Shown: positions 44,443-54,754, counted from the stretch's first letter. The stretch: 64,000 nucleotides of DNA from Chloroflexota bacterium (GCA_012719135.1 JAAYAW010000079.1:9723-73722), one strand, 5' to 3'. Made by a program: numbers and translations. Notes: generated by a model not told the origin, from the letters alone.

Positions 44443-47307
44443 TCACCGGGTCTGCGTCCCTTCGCCCTCTCTCTCGCGCTTTACCACCAGTATCGTGAAA
44501 TCGTCTGACTGGGCATTCGCCCCCGCAAAGGCCTTCACCGCACCATGAATCTCGGCGATCACATCTGCCGCGTGCCCGGCGGCACTTGCGCGCGCGGCCA
44601 GGCACAGCCTCTTCATCCCGAACTCCTCGCCAGAGCCGTCCCACGCCTCCGTAACGCCGTCGGTGTACAGCACCAGGGAGTCTCCTGGTTCCAGGATCAG
44701 AGCACCCTCGCTCAAGAACAGCTCTGGAAGGATACCGAGCGCCATGCCGGCCGGCTCCAACCAGGCATCCGTACCATCGGAACGAACGTGTAGCAGAGGG
44801 TTGTGCCCTGCGCGGGCGAAGCGCACGATGCCGGTCGTGGGCTCGATGATGGCGTAGATCAACGTGATGAACATCCCGCTGCGGGATTCCTGCAAGAGCA
44901 CGTCGTTGGCACGTTGTAGTGTCTCCGCAGGGCCCAGCCCGTCGTGCGCTGCGGCGCGGAGCACGGTGCGCGAGAGGGCCATGTAAAGCGCGGCAGCCAC
45001 GCCTTTGTCAGATACGTCGGCGATGCTGACTCCGAGTCTTCCATCGGGGAACTCGATCAGGTCGTAGTAATCACCGCTCACGCCCCGGGCAGCAAGCCAC
45101 TCGACAGCGATGTCCCAGCCAGGTATCTGCGGGCAACGTTCGGGGAGGAAGGACGCCTGGATCTCGCCCGCGAGGCGCATCTCGTGCTCCATACGCTCCT
45201 GGCTGATCGATCGCTCGTACAGCCGCATGCCCGATATCGCCAAGGCCGTCTGTCCAGCGATCCCCGTCAGTATCGCCATCCGTCTGGTAGTCGGCCCTTC
45301 TTCCGAACTGGGGAAGCTGACAAAGAGAATCCCCAGATCGTGCTTGTGCGCCCGGAGGGGGAGAGCGAGCATCGTCATCTCATACTCCGGCGCCGGCTCT
45401 CCCAGCAGTTCAGCGACCCGTTCGGCTCTTACGCTAACCCTCTCCGGCTGTTGGGCCAGGTCGCGCAGCCACGCCGTAGGCTCGATAGCGGTCAGGATGG
45501 GCTCACTCGTGCCCTGGCCTTCCGCCTGAGGACCCGGACTGGTGATGGCCTGGTAGCGCTCGAGATCGGGATCACGTACCAAGATCGCACACCACGGCAC
45601 ACCGACGAGCATGGGCACGAGGCGCACGATCATCTGAAGGGTCTCAGCCAGGCTGTAGCTGGTGGTAGAGATGACATTGGCGACCTGGAGCAGCGCCGCC
45701 GAGACCCAGGCTTCCTCGCGTTGGGAGACCAGCAAGAGCGCGTTATCGAGCCCCAAAGCGGCCTCGCGGGCAATACCTTCCAGCACCGTGCGCTGGACCG
45801 CCGGGAGAGCAGATGTGGGCGACAGCGCTGCTACCAGAACACCATGGACCTGGCCCTTGGTGATCAGTGGGAAGGCTTGCACGGGCGATTTGGGGGGCAG
45901 CGTGGCTTCCCACAGATCGCCTACCTCCTGTGCCAGCCCCTCAGCAGCCGACGCCGAGAGCCGAACCCGTTCCACAAGGGGTACCTGCCGGGGAAGGAAC
46001 GCTCGTCCTTCCGATCCGGCGGAGGAGGGACGCGTAGGCGGCCGTGGGAGCAGATAGCTGCCCTCCTCGGGCCTCCAGACGAGCACCGCACACTGCCGTG
46101 CACCGACCAGCATCCTCGCCAGCCGATCCACCGTCTCGGTGATGTCAGCCAACGCGCTCTGGCTGGCCACGGCCTCAGCAACCTGCAAGAGCGCTGTCGC
46201 CACCCAGGCCTGTTCCTGTTGAGCTCGATAGAGGTGGCTGTCCTCGATCGCTACCGCGATCTGGTCAGCAAGGATGCGCAACGTGGCCAAATCGGCCGGG
46301 CCAAAAACGTCGGCCCTGTCGCTCTGAAGATCGAGCACGCCCAGGACACGATCCTCGACCATGACGGGCAGAGACAACTCCGCCACGGTTGCGTCGAGAG
46401 CGGCATCGCTCAGGAAACGAGGGTCCTGGCGCACATCGTTGACAAGCACCGTCTCGCCCCGTGCCGCGTGGCCGATGAGGCCGTGTCCCCAGGGCACGAT
46501 CAAGCCTCGCTGGCGGACCCTTTGGCTGGAGCTGGCCTCAAGTACGATCTCGCGTTGCTCTCGATCTACCGAGAATAGACTCACGTGATAGTAGCCGAAA
46601 GTATCCCGTATCAGTTGTACCGTGTCCGTGAAAAGAACGTCTAGATCCAGGATGGCAGCGATGCGCCTGCTGACCTGGGCGATCATCAGAAGGCGAACCC
46701 CGGTTGATTCCTCGCGCCTGTGTTGGCGGGCCGTGTGGATGCCAAGGGCGACCTGGTCGGAGAGGCGGTGGATCATGACGCGAATTCGACGGGGAAAGGC
46801 GCGTCGTCTGGGGCTCAGGACTGTCAGTGTGCCATAGTCGAGTCCTTCGACGATCAGCCTGGTCTGGACGGCGCTTCCTTCTGCCGGCAGGCCGCCGCGT
46901 GCCAGTCCCCCGGATACAGCGAGATCCGGCAGGTAAACTTGCACGGAACCGCTATCGATCGGGATGTCCGAATCCTGCAGAACGGCCTCGGCACCGGCTG
47001 TCAGCGTGGAGCCGGAATCGGCGACGCGCATCTGGGGGGTAGCTGTAGCGCTATCCGCAGCCAACTCCAGGATGACACGGCTGGGCCTGATGAAGCTCGC
47101 GACCTGCGCAGCGATCTCCCGGTGCATTGCGAGAGGATCAGCATCATCGGAGTATATCCGCTGAGACAGGCTGGCGATGGCGATCAGGGCATGCGAGCGC
47201 CGGTGGGAGACGAGCCAGCACAGACCGAACGCAAGGGCAATGCTGGCGAGGAACAATAGCGGGCCCCAGCCTGCCGAAGTCGGTGTAGCGAGCAGACACG
47301 AATTCAT
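44443..47307 (-). CDS. RsbU-like PP2C (SpoIIE) phosphatase with an N-terminal TM and about 4 GAF domains
   Basis: VSGDYYD, ADVSDKG, AGHNP, YTDGVTE and SDDFT; GAF motif ELSLPVMVEDRVLGVLDLQS. Confidence 0.92.
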   Translation of the reverse strand: MNSCLLATPTSAGWGPLLFLASIALAFGLCWLVSHRRSHALIAIASLSQRIYSDDADPLAMHREIAAQVASFIRPSRVILELAADSATATPQMRVADSGSTLTAGAEAVLQDSDIPIDSGSVQVYLPDLAVSGGLARGGLPAEGSAVQTRLIVEGLDYGTLTVLSPRRRAFPRRIRVMIHRLSDQVALGIHTARQHRREESTGVRLLMIAQVSRRIAAILDLDVLFTDTVQLIRDTFGYYHVSLFSVDREQREIVLEASSSQRVRQRGLIVPWGHGLIGHAARGETVLVNDVRQDPRFLSDAALDATVAELSLPVMVEDRVLGVLDLQSDRADVFGPADLATLRILADQIAVAIEDSHLYRAQQEQAWVATALLQVAEAVASQSALADITETVDRLARMLVGARQCAVLVWRPEEGSYLLPRPPTRPSSAGSEGRAFLPRQVPLVERVRLSASAAEGLAQEVGDLWEATLPPKSPVQAFPLITKGQVHGVLVAALSPTSALPAVQRTVLEGIAREAALGLDNALLLVSQREEAWVSAALLQVANVISTTSYSLAETLQMIVRLVPMLVGVPWCAILVRDPDLERYQAITSPGPQAEGQGTSEPILTAIEPTAWLRDLAQQPERVSVRAERVAELLGEPAPEYEMTMLALPLRAHKHDLGILFVSFPSSEEGPTTRRMAILTGIAGQTALAISGMRLYERSISQERMEHEMRLAGEIQASFLPERCPQIPGWDIAVEWLAARGVSGDYYDLIEFPDGRLGVSIADVSDKGVAAALYMALSRTVLRAAAHDGLGPAETLQRANDVLLQESRSGMFITLIYAIIEPTTGIVRFARAGHNPLLHVRSDGTDAWLEPAGMALGILPELFLSEGALILEPGDSLVLYTDGVTEAWDGSGEEFGMKRLCLAARASAAGHAADVIAEIHGAVKAFAGANAQSDDFTILVVKREREGEGTQTR

Positions 47308-47445
47308 GGCATCAAGCGAACGTGCTGTGCAGCGTTTGGTAACCGCAGCAGCGAACAGGCACCGGGCGGCGAGAGCGCACCCGGACTGTGCCCACGGTCT
47401 TAGGGGGCTGGTAGCCGCGAATAGGCGCGTTCACGTGGCCATGCC

Positions 47446-47868
47446 TCAGAACTCGGCATGACGCCGTTTCCGCAGGGTCACCTGGTTCCCCTGAATCGGG
47501 TCCGACGCAAAGTCCACCTGATCGACGAGTTCGCGCATAAAGAACAGCCCCAGACCTCCGATGTTGCGCTCCGTCAGAGGGGCCTTTGTGTCCGGGATGG
47601 GGACGCTATCTGGATCGAAGGGCCGGCCGAAATCGGTGATCCGCACGACGTACTCGTTTCCCTCTGCCCAACAACAGATGCGAACCTCTCCCTCCTGCCC
47701 GCCGTAGGCATGCTCGATGGAGTTGGTGCAGGCCTCGTCTGCGGCCATCTGAACCGCAAATACCTCTTCTTCCGAGAGGCCAGCCTGCCGGGCACCATCG
47801 GCGACGAACTCTGCGATCGCCGCAAGATGGCTGAGACTGCTTTCCACACACAGCTCATAAGGTCGCAT
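47446..47868 (-). CDS. RsbW-like anti-sigma factor / Ser kinase (HATPase_c_2)
   Basis: EACTNSIEHAY, ITDFGRPFDP and GGLGLFFM motifs. Confidence 0.92.
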   Translation of the reverse strand: MRPYELCVESSLSHLAAIAEFVADGARQAGLSEEEVFAVQMAADEACTNSIEHAYGGQEGEVRICCWAEGNEYVVRITDFGRPFDPDSVPIPDTKAPLTERNIGGLGLFFMRELVDQVDFASDPIQGNQVTLRKRRHAEF

Positions 47869-47890
47869 CGGCGTCTATGCCTCGAAAGGG

Positions 47891-48226
47891 CTAATAGCTG
47901 CCCACAGCGGTGGTCTTGTCCGGAAAGGTCTCGATAAGCGGAAGGATGCCCACGAGGTCGAGCACCTGCGCGATTCGGTCGGGAACGGCAGCAAGGCGGA
48001 CGTCGCCCCGGCCTCGAGCCCGGCATTCCTTGTACGCCATGATCAACACACGTATAGCGGCACTGCCAAAGAACTCGACACTCTCCATGTCGAGCACGAT
48101 CTGGTAGACGCCTTCGTCCATTGAATCCCGGAGTACCTTCTCGAGATCGGGGGCGGTGTTACTGTCGAACCGGCCCTCCAGAGCTACCAGGTCGCATCGT
48201 TTGAGGTGAGTCGTCTCGATCTTCAT
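47891..48226 (-). CDS. RsbV-like STAS anti-anti-sigma factor
   Basis: GRFDSNTAPDLE and VLDMESVEFFGSAAIRVL, with the phospho-acceptor Ser retained. Confidence 0.9.
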   Translation of the reverse strand: MKIETTHLKRCDLVALEGRFDSNTAPDLEKVLRDSMDEGVYQIVLDMESVEFFGSAAIRVLIMAYKECRARGRGDVRLAAVPDRIAQVLDLVGILPLIETFPDKTTAVGSY

Positions 48227-48342
48227 CCAAGCCTCCTAACGGGGTGCGGCCTCAATGTATACAACGTATAGTGCGATTATACACCAGCGCGAGCGCCGCA
48301 CCAACGCACAGATCCGCCAGGGCGCTGACTGCTGGGTGGAGC

Positions 48343-50340
48343 CTAGGCCTTTTCCATGGCCAATCGCGGTCTACCAATCGCCTCGGCAGTCAGGCTGGAG
48401 GAGACAAGCACCTCTCCGCGGTAGCCATGCCCGACCGGAGCGCTCTGTTCGGTCTCGGAGACCGTCACTGTGGGAGTGACTGATCCGGCGGAATGTGCAT
48501 TCGCGATGGCTTCCTCTTCGACGCGCGCGCGGGCGTAGGCTCGCGCGTCCTCGAGCGTTGGCCAGGCCGTGACGCCGCTCGCCGAACGAACCAGGAATCC
48601 ACGGTCCCCTGCATCCGGGACGATCTCCGCCCTGGATCGGGCCACGACACTGCCGACGATGGCTCCGATGGCGTTGGCAACCGGCCCAAGCTCGGGCAGC
48701 TCGAGCTCAGCAGCCAGTATGGATGAGGCTCGCGGAAAGTACGCCCGTGCCGGGGCACCAAGCCCGATGACTGAGGTTGCCAGCTGGGGCACAAAGCGCA
48801 GCCTGCTCGGTCTTATGGGGTTGATCAGCCGCTCCAGTACGGCGGATGACAAGGCGGTGGAGCGCCTGTCCCCATTGCTGTCGTCATCCCACGCTTTGCG
48901 CGCTATCTCCTGAGCCAGACGAACGGAGGTGGCCTCAAGCACGCGCAGCGCCAGATCCCCGGGGGTTGTGCCCAACTCCCGTGCTCGGATGCCGAACCCG
49001 AGCAGAGCGGGCTCAACGGGCCACTCGCGATGGAGTTCGGCGACATGAGCCGCGTCAGTCGGGGTCAGCGACGAACGGACCAGTATGCCCTGGCGTTCCA
49101 GTGTATCCAGCATCGGGCGGTGTAGAGCAGGGTAGCGGAGCAGTTCATCTGCCTTACGGCGAGATACGGGGCCGGCTTGGAGACGCTGGAGCAGCCTGGC
49201 TACGGCGTCCGGCAGTGGGAGGTCATCGTGTGGGCGCCCGATGATGAGGAACTCGACATCCTTAGCTCCCGAGTCGGCGCGGGCCAGGGCGCGCGACAAC
49301 TCCCCCTCGACTCCTGGGTATTGCTCGGCGAGCGCGCACAGCGGAAGCACGCGCCGGGGGCCTATGCGAAGGCTGCCATCGGCTTCCAGATCGATCAGGC
49401 TGTCACCGCCCAAACCCACCGTGTGGATGTCGATCGCCTCCACCATGGTATGCCACGGTCCCACGTAGGTTCCCTGCCGGCTGAGTCTGGGTTGGCCGTT
49501 CTGGATGAAAGCGATGTCGGTGGTGGTACCACCCATATCTGCGATGACTCCGTTGGTCGTGCGTGCCAGATGACGTGCGCCGACCACGCTCGCGGCAGGC
49601 CCCGAGAGCACGGTCTCGATTGGTCTGTCCCGCGCCACGCTGCTCAGCATGAGCGAACCATCGCCTTTGACGATCATGAGTGGCGCGGCGATACCCCGAC
49701 CCGACAGCGCCAGCTCCACGGCGCCGATGAGATCCCCAATCAACGGAATGAGGCGGGCGTTCAGGGCAGCGGTCATAGCGCGGCGAATCGCGTCGAGCTC
49801 TTGAGTGAGTTCATGGCCTGTCGTAGCTGGCACTCCGGTCATATCGTGGACCAGAGCTCTCACGATCTCTTCGTGGTCCGGATTTCGGGTGCCGAAATAG
49901 CCGGAAACCGCAAAGGCTCGTACGCTCGGCGCATACCGGCGAATTGCCGAGCGTGCCGACTCGAGATCTAGCGGATCCTGTTCTTGGCCATCGATATCGT
50001 GTCCTCCACGGATCATGGCGCACGCGTCCGTGCCCAGATCGAGGGCCAACTGTTCGCTGGCACGGGCCACACCGCCATACCCCAGCAACAACAGGCATAC
50101 GGGCGCTCCCTGTCCTTCGACGAGCGCGTTGGTCGCCAAAGTGGTGGAAAGGGAGACGAGTTGTACCGTGGAAGGATCTCCGGACAGCACGCCGGATAAG
50201 GCGCGGTCGATGCCGAGGAACAGGTTGTGCCGAGTAGTCAGGGCCTTGGAATGCGCAACGACCGCTTGCGTCTCGAGGTCCACCAGCACAGCATCTGTGT
50301 AGGTCCCACCTGTGTCGATCCCGATGCCAAAACGAGGCAA
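48343..50340 (-). CDS. Hydantoinase/oxoprolinase family protein (stand-alone A-type)
   Basis: GIDTGGTYTDA, STTLATNALVEG, ETVLSGPAAS, DMGGTTTD and GLGGDS motifs. Confidence 0.9.
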   Translation of the reverse strand: MPRFGIGIDTGGTYTDAVLVDLETQAVVAHSKALTTRHNLFLGIDRALSGVLSGDPSTVQLVSLSTTLATNALVEGQGAPVCLLLLGYGGVARASEQLALDLGTDACAMIRGGHDIDGQEQDPLDLESARSAIRRYAPSVRAFAVSGYFGTRNPDHEEIVRALVHDMTGVPATTGHELTQELDAIRRAMTAALNARLIPLIGDLIGAVELALSGRGIAAPLMIVKGDGSLMLSSVARDRPIETVLSGPAASVVGARHLARTTNGVIADMGGTTTDIAFIQNGQPRLSRQGTYVGPWHTMVEAIDIHTVGLGGDSLIDLEADGSLRIGPRRVLPLCALAEQYPGVEGELSRALARADSGAKDVEFLIIGRPHDDLPLPDAVARLLQRLQAGPVSRRKADELLRYPALHRPMLDTLERQGILVRSSLTPTDAAHVAELHREWPVEPALLGFGIRARELGTTPGDLALRVLEATSVRLAQEIARKAWDDDSNGDRRSTALSSAVLERLINPIRPSRLRFVPQLATSVIGLGAPARAYFPRASSILAAELELPELGPVANAIGAIVGSVVARSRAEIVPDAGDRGFLVRSASGVTAWPTLEDARAYARARVEEEAIANAHSAGSVTPTVTVSETEQSAPVGHGYRGEVLVSSSLTAEAIGRPRLAMEKA

Positions 50341-50371
50341 TCTCTTCCACCTCTCGGGTACTGAGCTTCAG

Positions 50372-51322
50372 TCACTCGATCAATCCGACATGCTTGAGGA
50401 ACGTTTCGGCGATCCGCGCATAGCTCTGGTCGCCAGAGACGGCCTGGCGTTCCAGGCGAGCCAACGTGTCATAGTCCAGTGAGGCAGTTAGCCTGCCGAT
50501 GATATGTTCGAGCTCCGGATACTGGTTGATGGTGCTGACGTGGACCGTCGGCGCTAGAGCCGCCGCTGAGAAGAACGCCCGATCATCGCGAAGCAGCACC
50601 AGGGGCGTGTCATGGAGGGCCAGATCCTTAGCAGCTCCGATGGTGCCGTCGCATTGGCCCTCCACGACTGCCTGCACCGTCTCGCTTGCTTCCATCTCCT
50701 GAATGTTCCCGGCCGAGATCCGGAAGCCGTATACTCGCTGCAGGCCGGCGACGCCTCGCAGGTCCGAGACGCTCCCCGTGGGTGCACAGAGCACCCAGCC
50801 AGGATCGACCCTAGATATGTGCTGGGCCAGATCGGAGATCGTGGCCAGATTGGCCTCCGCCGCTCGATCTGAACGGACGAGGATCGATTGTCTCGTCGAC
50901 CAGGGGAGGGGAGTCAGCCAGATGACTCCATGCCGATAGTCCTCAGACTTGACGCTGCGGTAGAGCGAGGTCTCGTTGGCGATGGGCTGATCGTGGCCCA
51001 GGTACGTGAACCAGACGTTGCCAGTGTCCTGCCAGGCGATCTGAACGCTTCCGGCCGTGAGCGCCTGCCGTACATGCCAGTCGCTCTGCAGGTTTACGCG
51101 CTCGATCACCGGGTACCCGCGATCTCGAAGCAGGCCCGCAGTGAGTGCCGCGAGCAATTGCTGCTCGGGATCGGGGTGGGCCGCGATGATCACCGGCACG
51201 CTTTGCGTGGAGACGCTCACACGGCAGCCCGCGAGCCCTAGCATCTGCGCCAGAATCAGCGCCGCGCAGACAAGGCGTAAGCGATGCCTGGCCAAACCTG
51301 TGCTAGAGAGTCGATTTGACAT
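50372..51322 (-). CDS. Osmoprotectant (glycine betaine/choline) ABC substrate-binding lipoprotein, OpuAC/OsmF-like
   Basis: LAGC lipobox; EQQLLA, TISDLA, GLQRVYGF and LVLLRDDRAFF segments. Confidence 0.78.
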   Translation of the reverse strand: MSNRLSSTGLARHRLRLVCAALILAQMLGLAGCRVSVSTQSVPVIIAAHPDPEQQLLAALTAGLLRDRGYPVIERVNLQSDWHVRQALTAGSVQIAWQDTGNVWFTYLGHDQPIANETSLYRSVKSEDYRHGVIWLTPLPWSTRQSILVRSDRAAEANLATISDLAQHISRVDPGWVLCAPTGSVSDLRGVAGLQRVYGFRISAGNIQEMEASETVQAVVEGQCDGTIGAAKDLALHDTPLVLLRDDRAFFSAAALAPTVHVSTINQYPELEHIIGRLTASLDYDTLARLERQAVSGDQSYARIAETFLKHVGLIE

Positions 51323-51962
51323 AATGCCCTCCGTCCAGGGAGCGCTCGATCTGTATCTGGCCACTGGTCATGTTGCTGAGCAAGATACCAACGGCCTGCA
51401 GCTCACTTGGCGGGATCAGGAGCGAAAGAGAGACCGACTCGCCGAATATCTCGTCATCCAGCACGACACCCTGCTTGGGGAGCGCATACTTGAGGGTGCC
51501 ATACAGGCCATAATCCACCGTGATGGAGGCTCGATGATGGAATACCATCTCAGCTAGGGGGAGCCCCTTAAGGGCCGCACGCACGCAATCGCTGTAGGCA
51601 CGAACCAGGCCGCCGGTGCCCAGCTTGGTTCCACCAAAGTAGCGAGTGCCGATTGCGACGGCCTGCAGTAGCCCGTGTCCCTCCAGGACCGCGAGCATGG
51701 GGCGCCCGGCTGTTCCTCCGGGCTCGCCGTCGTCGGAAGATCCAATCACGGCCGATGGCCCGCCCGATATGACAAACGCCCAGGCGTTGTGGTTTGCGTC
51801 CGGATACCGTTGCCGAACCTGCGCGACCGCGTTGTGGGCCGCTTCTATCGTCGGCGCAGGGCACACGGTTCCGATAAAGACCGAGTTCCTGACGCTGATC
51901 TCTGCACTGGCCTCATCGTCGGGGATCAGATAGCGGTGTGGGTAGGGAGTCTCCTGAGTCAC
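51303..51962 (-). CDS. YigZ/IMPACT family protein
   Basis: DANHNAWAF, SSDDGEPGGTAGRP and RYFGGTKLGTGGLVRAY motifs. Confidence 0.95.
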   Translation of the reverse strand: MTQETPYPHRYLIPDDEASAEISVRNSVFIGTVCPAPTIEAAHNAVAQVRQRYPDANHNAWAFVISGGPSAVIGSSDDGEPGGTAGRPMLAVLEGHGLLQAVAIGTRYFGGTKLGTGGLVRAYSDCVRAALKGLPLAEMVFHHRASITVDYGLYGTLKYALPKQGVVLDDEIFGESVSLSLLIPPSELQAVGILLSNMTSGQIQIERSLDGGHYVKSTL

Positions 51963-52888
51963 GGCGACGAAGCCTCGCGCTGGTTCGGCTCGGGCAGAGG
52001 CGGCTGAGCAGGAGGCGCCCTCCGGATCTTGCGCGCAAACAGCAGGTACCCTGTATGTCCGACCATGACGTCCTCAGGCCGCACCCGCCCCGGCACGGGC
52101 TTGTAGTGACGCTGCAGGATCTCCAGCACGTCTATGTCAACAAAGGCCATGCCCTCCAGGGCCTCGAGCACGGCGATGATCTGGTTGACAGTCGGCACCA
52201 GTAATCCCAGGTGGCCGCTATCCGCAAGGGCCTGGCTCGCCGACTCCAGGTAGTCCTCGGGATTGCGCACGTCCAGGAACAGGGCATCCACCTCATGATG
52301 CAGGAACCCCTCCGAGATATCACGCTCGACGAAGGTTACTGTCTCGCCCATTCCGACGCGTTCGATGTTCTGTGCAGCCAGGACGAGCATGTCTGTACGT
52401 CGGTCATACGAGTATACTCGCCCACCGGGACGCACGGCGTTGGCAAAGGCCATGGTCATGGCGCCGCTTCCCGTCCCGGCCTCTATCACCTCTCTACCGG
52501 GGCGCAGATCAAGCCTCAGCAGTATCTCTCCGAGCTCTTTGGGGTAGATGACCTGCGAGGCCCGCCTGAGGCCCATGAGCTCATCATGTATGGAAGGCCT
52601 CATGACATAAAAGAGCTCGCCGGTATGGGAGCGGACAGGCGAGCCGTAGGGGATGCCGATGACGTCCGAGTGTTCGATGAGTCCTTTGTGGGTGTGCAGG
52701 CGCTCACCATCGTGGATGGTGACGAGCATCTGTTTCCCTCTCGGTGAGAGGAGCAACACCCTCTCGCCGTCCTGAACCAAGCGCACTGGACGCACCTCCG
52801 CATGCAGGACCTCTTTGGCCTCGGTTTCGCTCTGAGGATTATAGGGTTGCGCCGCGCCCGTCGCAAACCTGGGTTCACCAGAGCGCAC
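51959..52888 (-). CDS. trmI: tRNA (adenine58-N1)-methyltransferase
   Basis: QVIYPK, EAGTGSGAMT, LFLD, RVRP and GHTGYL. The true start is probably about 80 nt downstream of the ORF start. Confidence 0.9.
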   Translation of the reverse strand: MRSGEPRFATGAAQPYNPQSETEAKEVLHAEVRPVRLVQDGERVLLLSPRGKQMLVTIHDGERLHTHKGLIEHSDVIGIPYGSPVRSHTGELFYVMRPSIHDELMGLRRASQVIYPKELGEILLRLDLRPGREVIEAGTGSGAMTMAFANAVRPGGRVYSYDRRTDMLVLAAQNIERVGMGETVTFVERDISEGFLHHEVDALFLDVRNPEDYLESASQALADSGHLGLLVPTVNQIIAVLEALEGMAFVDIDVLEILQRHYKPVPGRVRPEDVMVGHTGYLLFARKIRRAPPAQPPLPEPNQREASSP

Positions 52889-52958
52889 ACGGCCGCAAGG
52901 CTATTGAGGAGAGGAGGTCGCCGCGCTGGTCGTTCTGAGCGAGATGAGGCCGATGGGG

Positions 52959-53873
52959 CTAGAACGCGCTGATCATGCGCAGCGCACGAGGCACAATCTC
53001 GATCTCGATCTCGTGGGCATGGTCCGCGAGAATCTCGCCATCGACATGGACGTACAGAGGTTCGTCGGAAACGAGGGTCGCGGTCCTGGCCTGCAGCGTG
53101 GAGACGGCACGGTGGCTGAGGTGAGTCCCCTGAAGGAACCGCGGCACGAGCGCTAGCATCTCGAGCCTGGTGACCTGGCGCGCGATCACCAGATCCAAAA
53201 GCCCGTCATCGTAGCGGGCATCGGGCGCCAAGTGAAAGGCGCCGCCTTCGCGCGGACCGTTACACGCGACGAACATGAGAGGCCGCAACTCCTCCACGCA
53301 CCCATCGATGGTGGTGCGAACGGCCGGAGATGTCATCGTCACGAAGATGGTTTTGAGCACCGCCGGCAGGTACATCGCCATGCCCCGGACACGTGTCATC
53401 TTGCGGGTCTCAAGGACGACCAGGGCATCAAAGCCAACGCCGACGGCATTGTCAAAGTACCGCTCGACTTTGCCATCCAGCCGAACGATTCCGAGGTCAA
53501 TGTCCTGTGTCTTGCCTGCGGCGATGGCTTGGCAAGCGATCTCGAGGTTGGTAGCCGTGCCGTTCATCACGGCGAAATCGTTGCCGGATCCGGCTGGAAT
53601 GCAGGCCAGCGTTCCCATTGGGTTCCGGTTGGCCACGGACATCATGCCATTCACAACTTCGTGCGTGGTACCGTCGCCGCCCACCGCCACGATCGTTTCG
53701 TACCCATCCAGGACAGCCGCTTTCGCCAGTGCTATCGCGTGCCCGGTGTACTCGGTCTGTACCAGGTCGTGTGCGACACCGAGCCTGGACAGAGTGCGCT
53801 CAATATCGGGGCGCACCGAGGCACCGTGGCCTTTGCCCGCATTCGGGTTCAGGATGATCTTTGTTCCAGGCAT
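52959..53873 (-). CDS. Diacylglycerol/lipid kinase family protein (YegS/DagK-like)
   Basis: NPNAGKG, GGDGTTHEVVNG, PAGSGNDFA and HVDGE motifs. Confidence 0.93.
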   Translation of the reverse strand: MPGTKIILNPNAGKGHGASVRPDIERTLSRLGVAHDLVQTEYTGHAIALAKAAVLDGYETIVAVGGDGTTHEVVNGMMSVANRNPMGTLACIPAGSGNDFAVMNGTATNLEIACQAIAAGKTQDIDLGIVRLDGKVERYFDNAVGVGFDALVVLETRKMTRVRGMAMYLPAVLKTIFVTMTSPAVRTTIDGCVEELRPLMFVACNGPREGGAFHLAPDARYDDGLLDLVIARQVTRLEMLALVPRFLQGTHLSHRAVSTLQARTATLVSDEPLYVHVDGEILADHAHEIEIEIVPRALRMISAF

Positions 53874-54012
53874 GCACCACTCCCGCCGAGACTGCTGGGG
53901 AGCAGTTTACTCTGGTTATGGAGCCCCGCCAAAATGCTTGTGGAGCGTGGAGGTCGGGCCGTGCGGGTTATGCTCGGGAAGATCGGCTGAGGAATGGAAA
54001 GGCGAGAGTGAG

Positions 54013-54693
54013 CTAACCCAGGCGCCGGATTACGCCGATCACCTTTCCCTGGATGTCCAGGTTTGCTGGATGAACGTAGATGGGATCCATCAGGGGGTTT
54101 GCCGGCTGCAAGCGTACCGAGGTGCGCCCGGGCTCCCAATAGAAGCGCTTGAGTGTGGTGGCTTTTTCATCCTTGATCCACGCGGCGATCATGTCTCCGT
54201 TTTCGGCCGTCTGCTGGTGCCGCATCAGGACCACATCGCCGTCGTTGATCAGCGCGTCGATCATCGAATCGCCTCGCACCTGTAATGCGTACACATCCCG
54301 TGGGCTTCCGATCATCTCACGCGCGACACGAATGGACTCGGCATCGGCCAGCATGGCGTTGGATTCCGGGACAGGCAGGGGGATGCCGGCCGCAATCGCG
54401 CCGAGTAGAGGAATTGAGACGAACTCGGCGAGTTCTCCTTCGCCATCAGCCGGCGACTCGTGATCGTCCAGGCCATCCACCAGCCGCAGGCCGCGGGAGA
54501 TGTCGCGATCGCGCACGAGATAGCCCTTGTTCTGGAGAACGTTGAGGTTGTAGCTCACGACAGAGGTGGACGTGATGCCCACCAGCTCACCGATCTCACG
54601 GATGGTGGGGGGGTAGCCGTACTCTTCCGAATACTCGCGAATGACCTCCAACACCCTGAGCTGTCGCTTGGACAGGCCGGTCTGAGCCAGCAT
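54013..54693 (-). CDS. lexA: SOS repressor LexA
   Basis: GYPPTIREIG HTH, IAAG autocleavage site, GDSMI (Ser) and TLKRF (Lys). Confidence 0.97.
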   Translation of the reverse strand: MLAQTGLSKRQLRVLEVIREYSEEYGYPPTIREIGELVGITSTSVVSYNLNVLQNKGYLVRDRDISRGLRLVDGLDDHESPADGEGELAEFVSIPLLGAIAAGIPLPVPESNAMLADAESIRVAREMIGSPRDVYALQVRGDSMIDALINDGDVVLMRHQQTAENGDMIAAWIKDEKATTLKRFYWEPGRTSVRLQPANPLMDPIYVHPANLDIQGKVIGVIRRLG

Positions 54694-54724
54694 GGAATGC
54701 TCCTTTACCTAGTGACCTGTTTGC

Positions 54725-54754
54725 ATTATACACGGAACAAATGTTCTATGTCAA
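54725..54754 (-). promoter_or_regulatory. lexA promoter with an SOS box in the spacer
   Basis: Minus strand consensus TTGACA-N18-TATAAT enclosing GAAC-ATTT-GTTC (54735-54746). Confidence 0.88.

Noticed and set aside
44944-46578. 544-aa plus-strand ORF and many similar long antisense ORFs
   Set aside because: Shadow frames of well-supported genes, expected at high GC.
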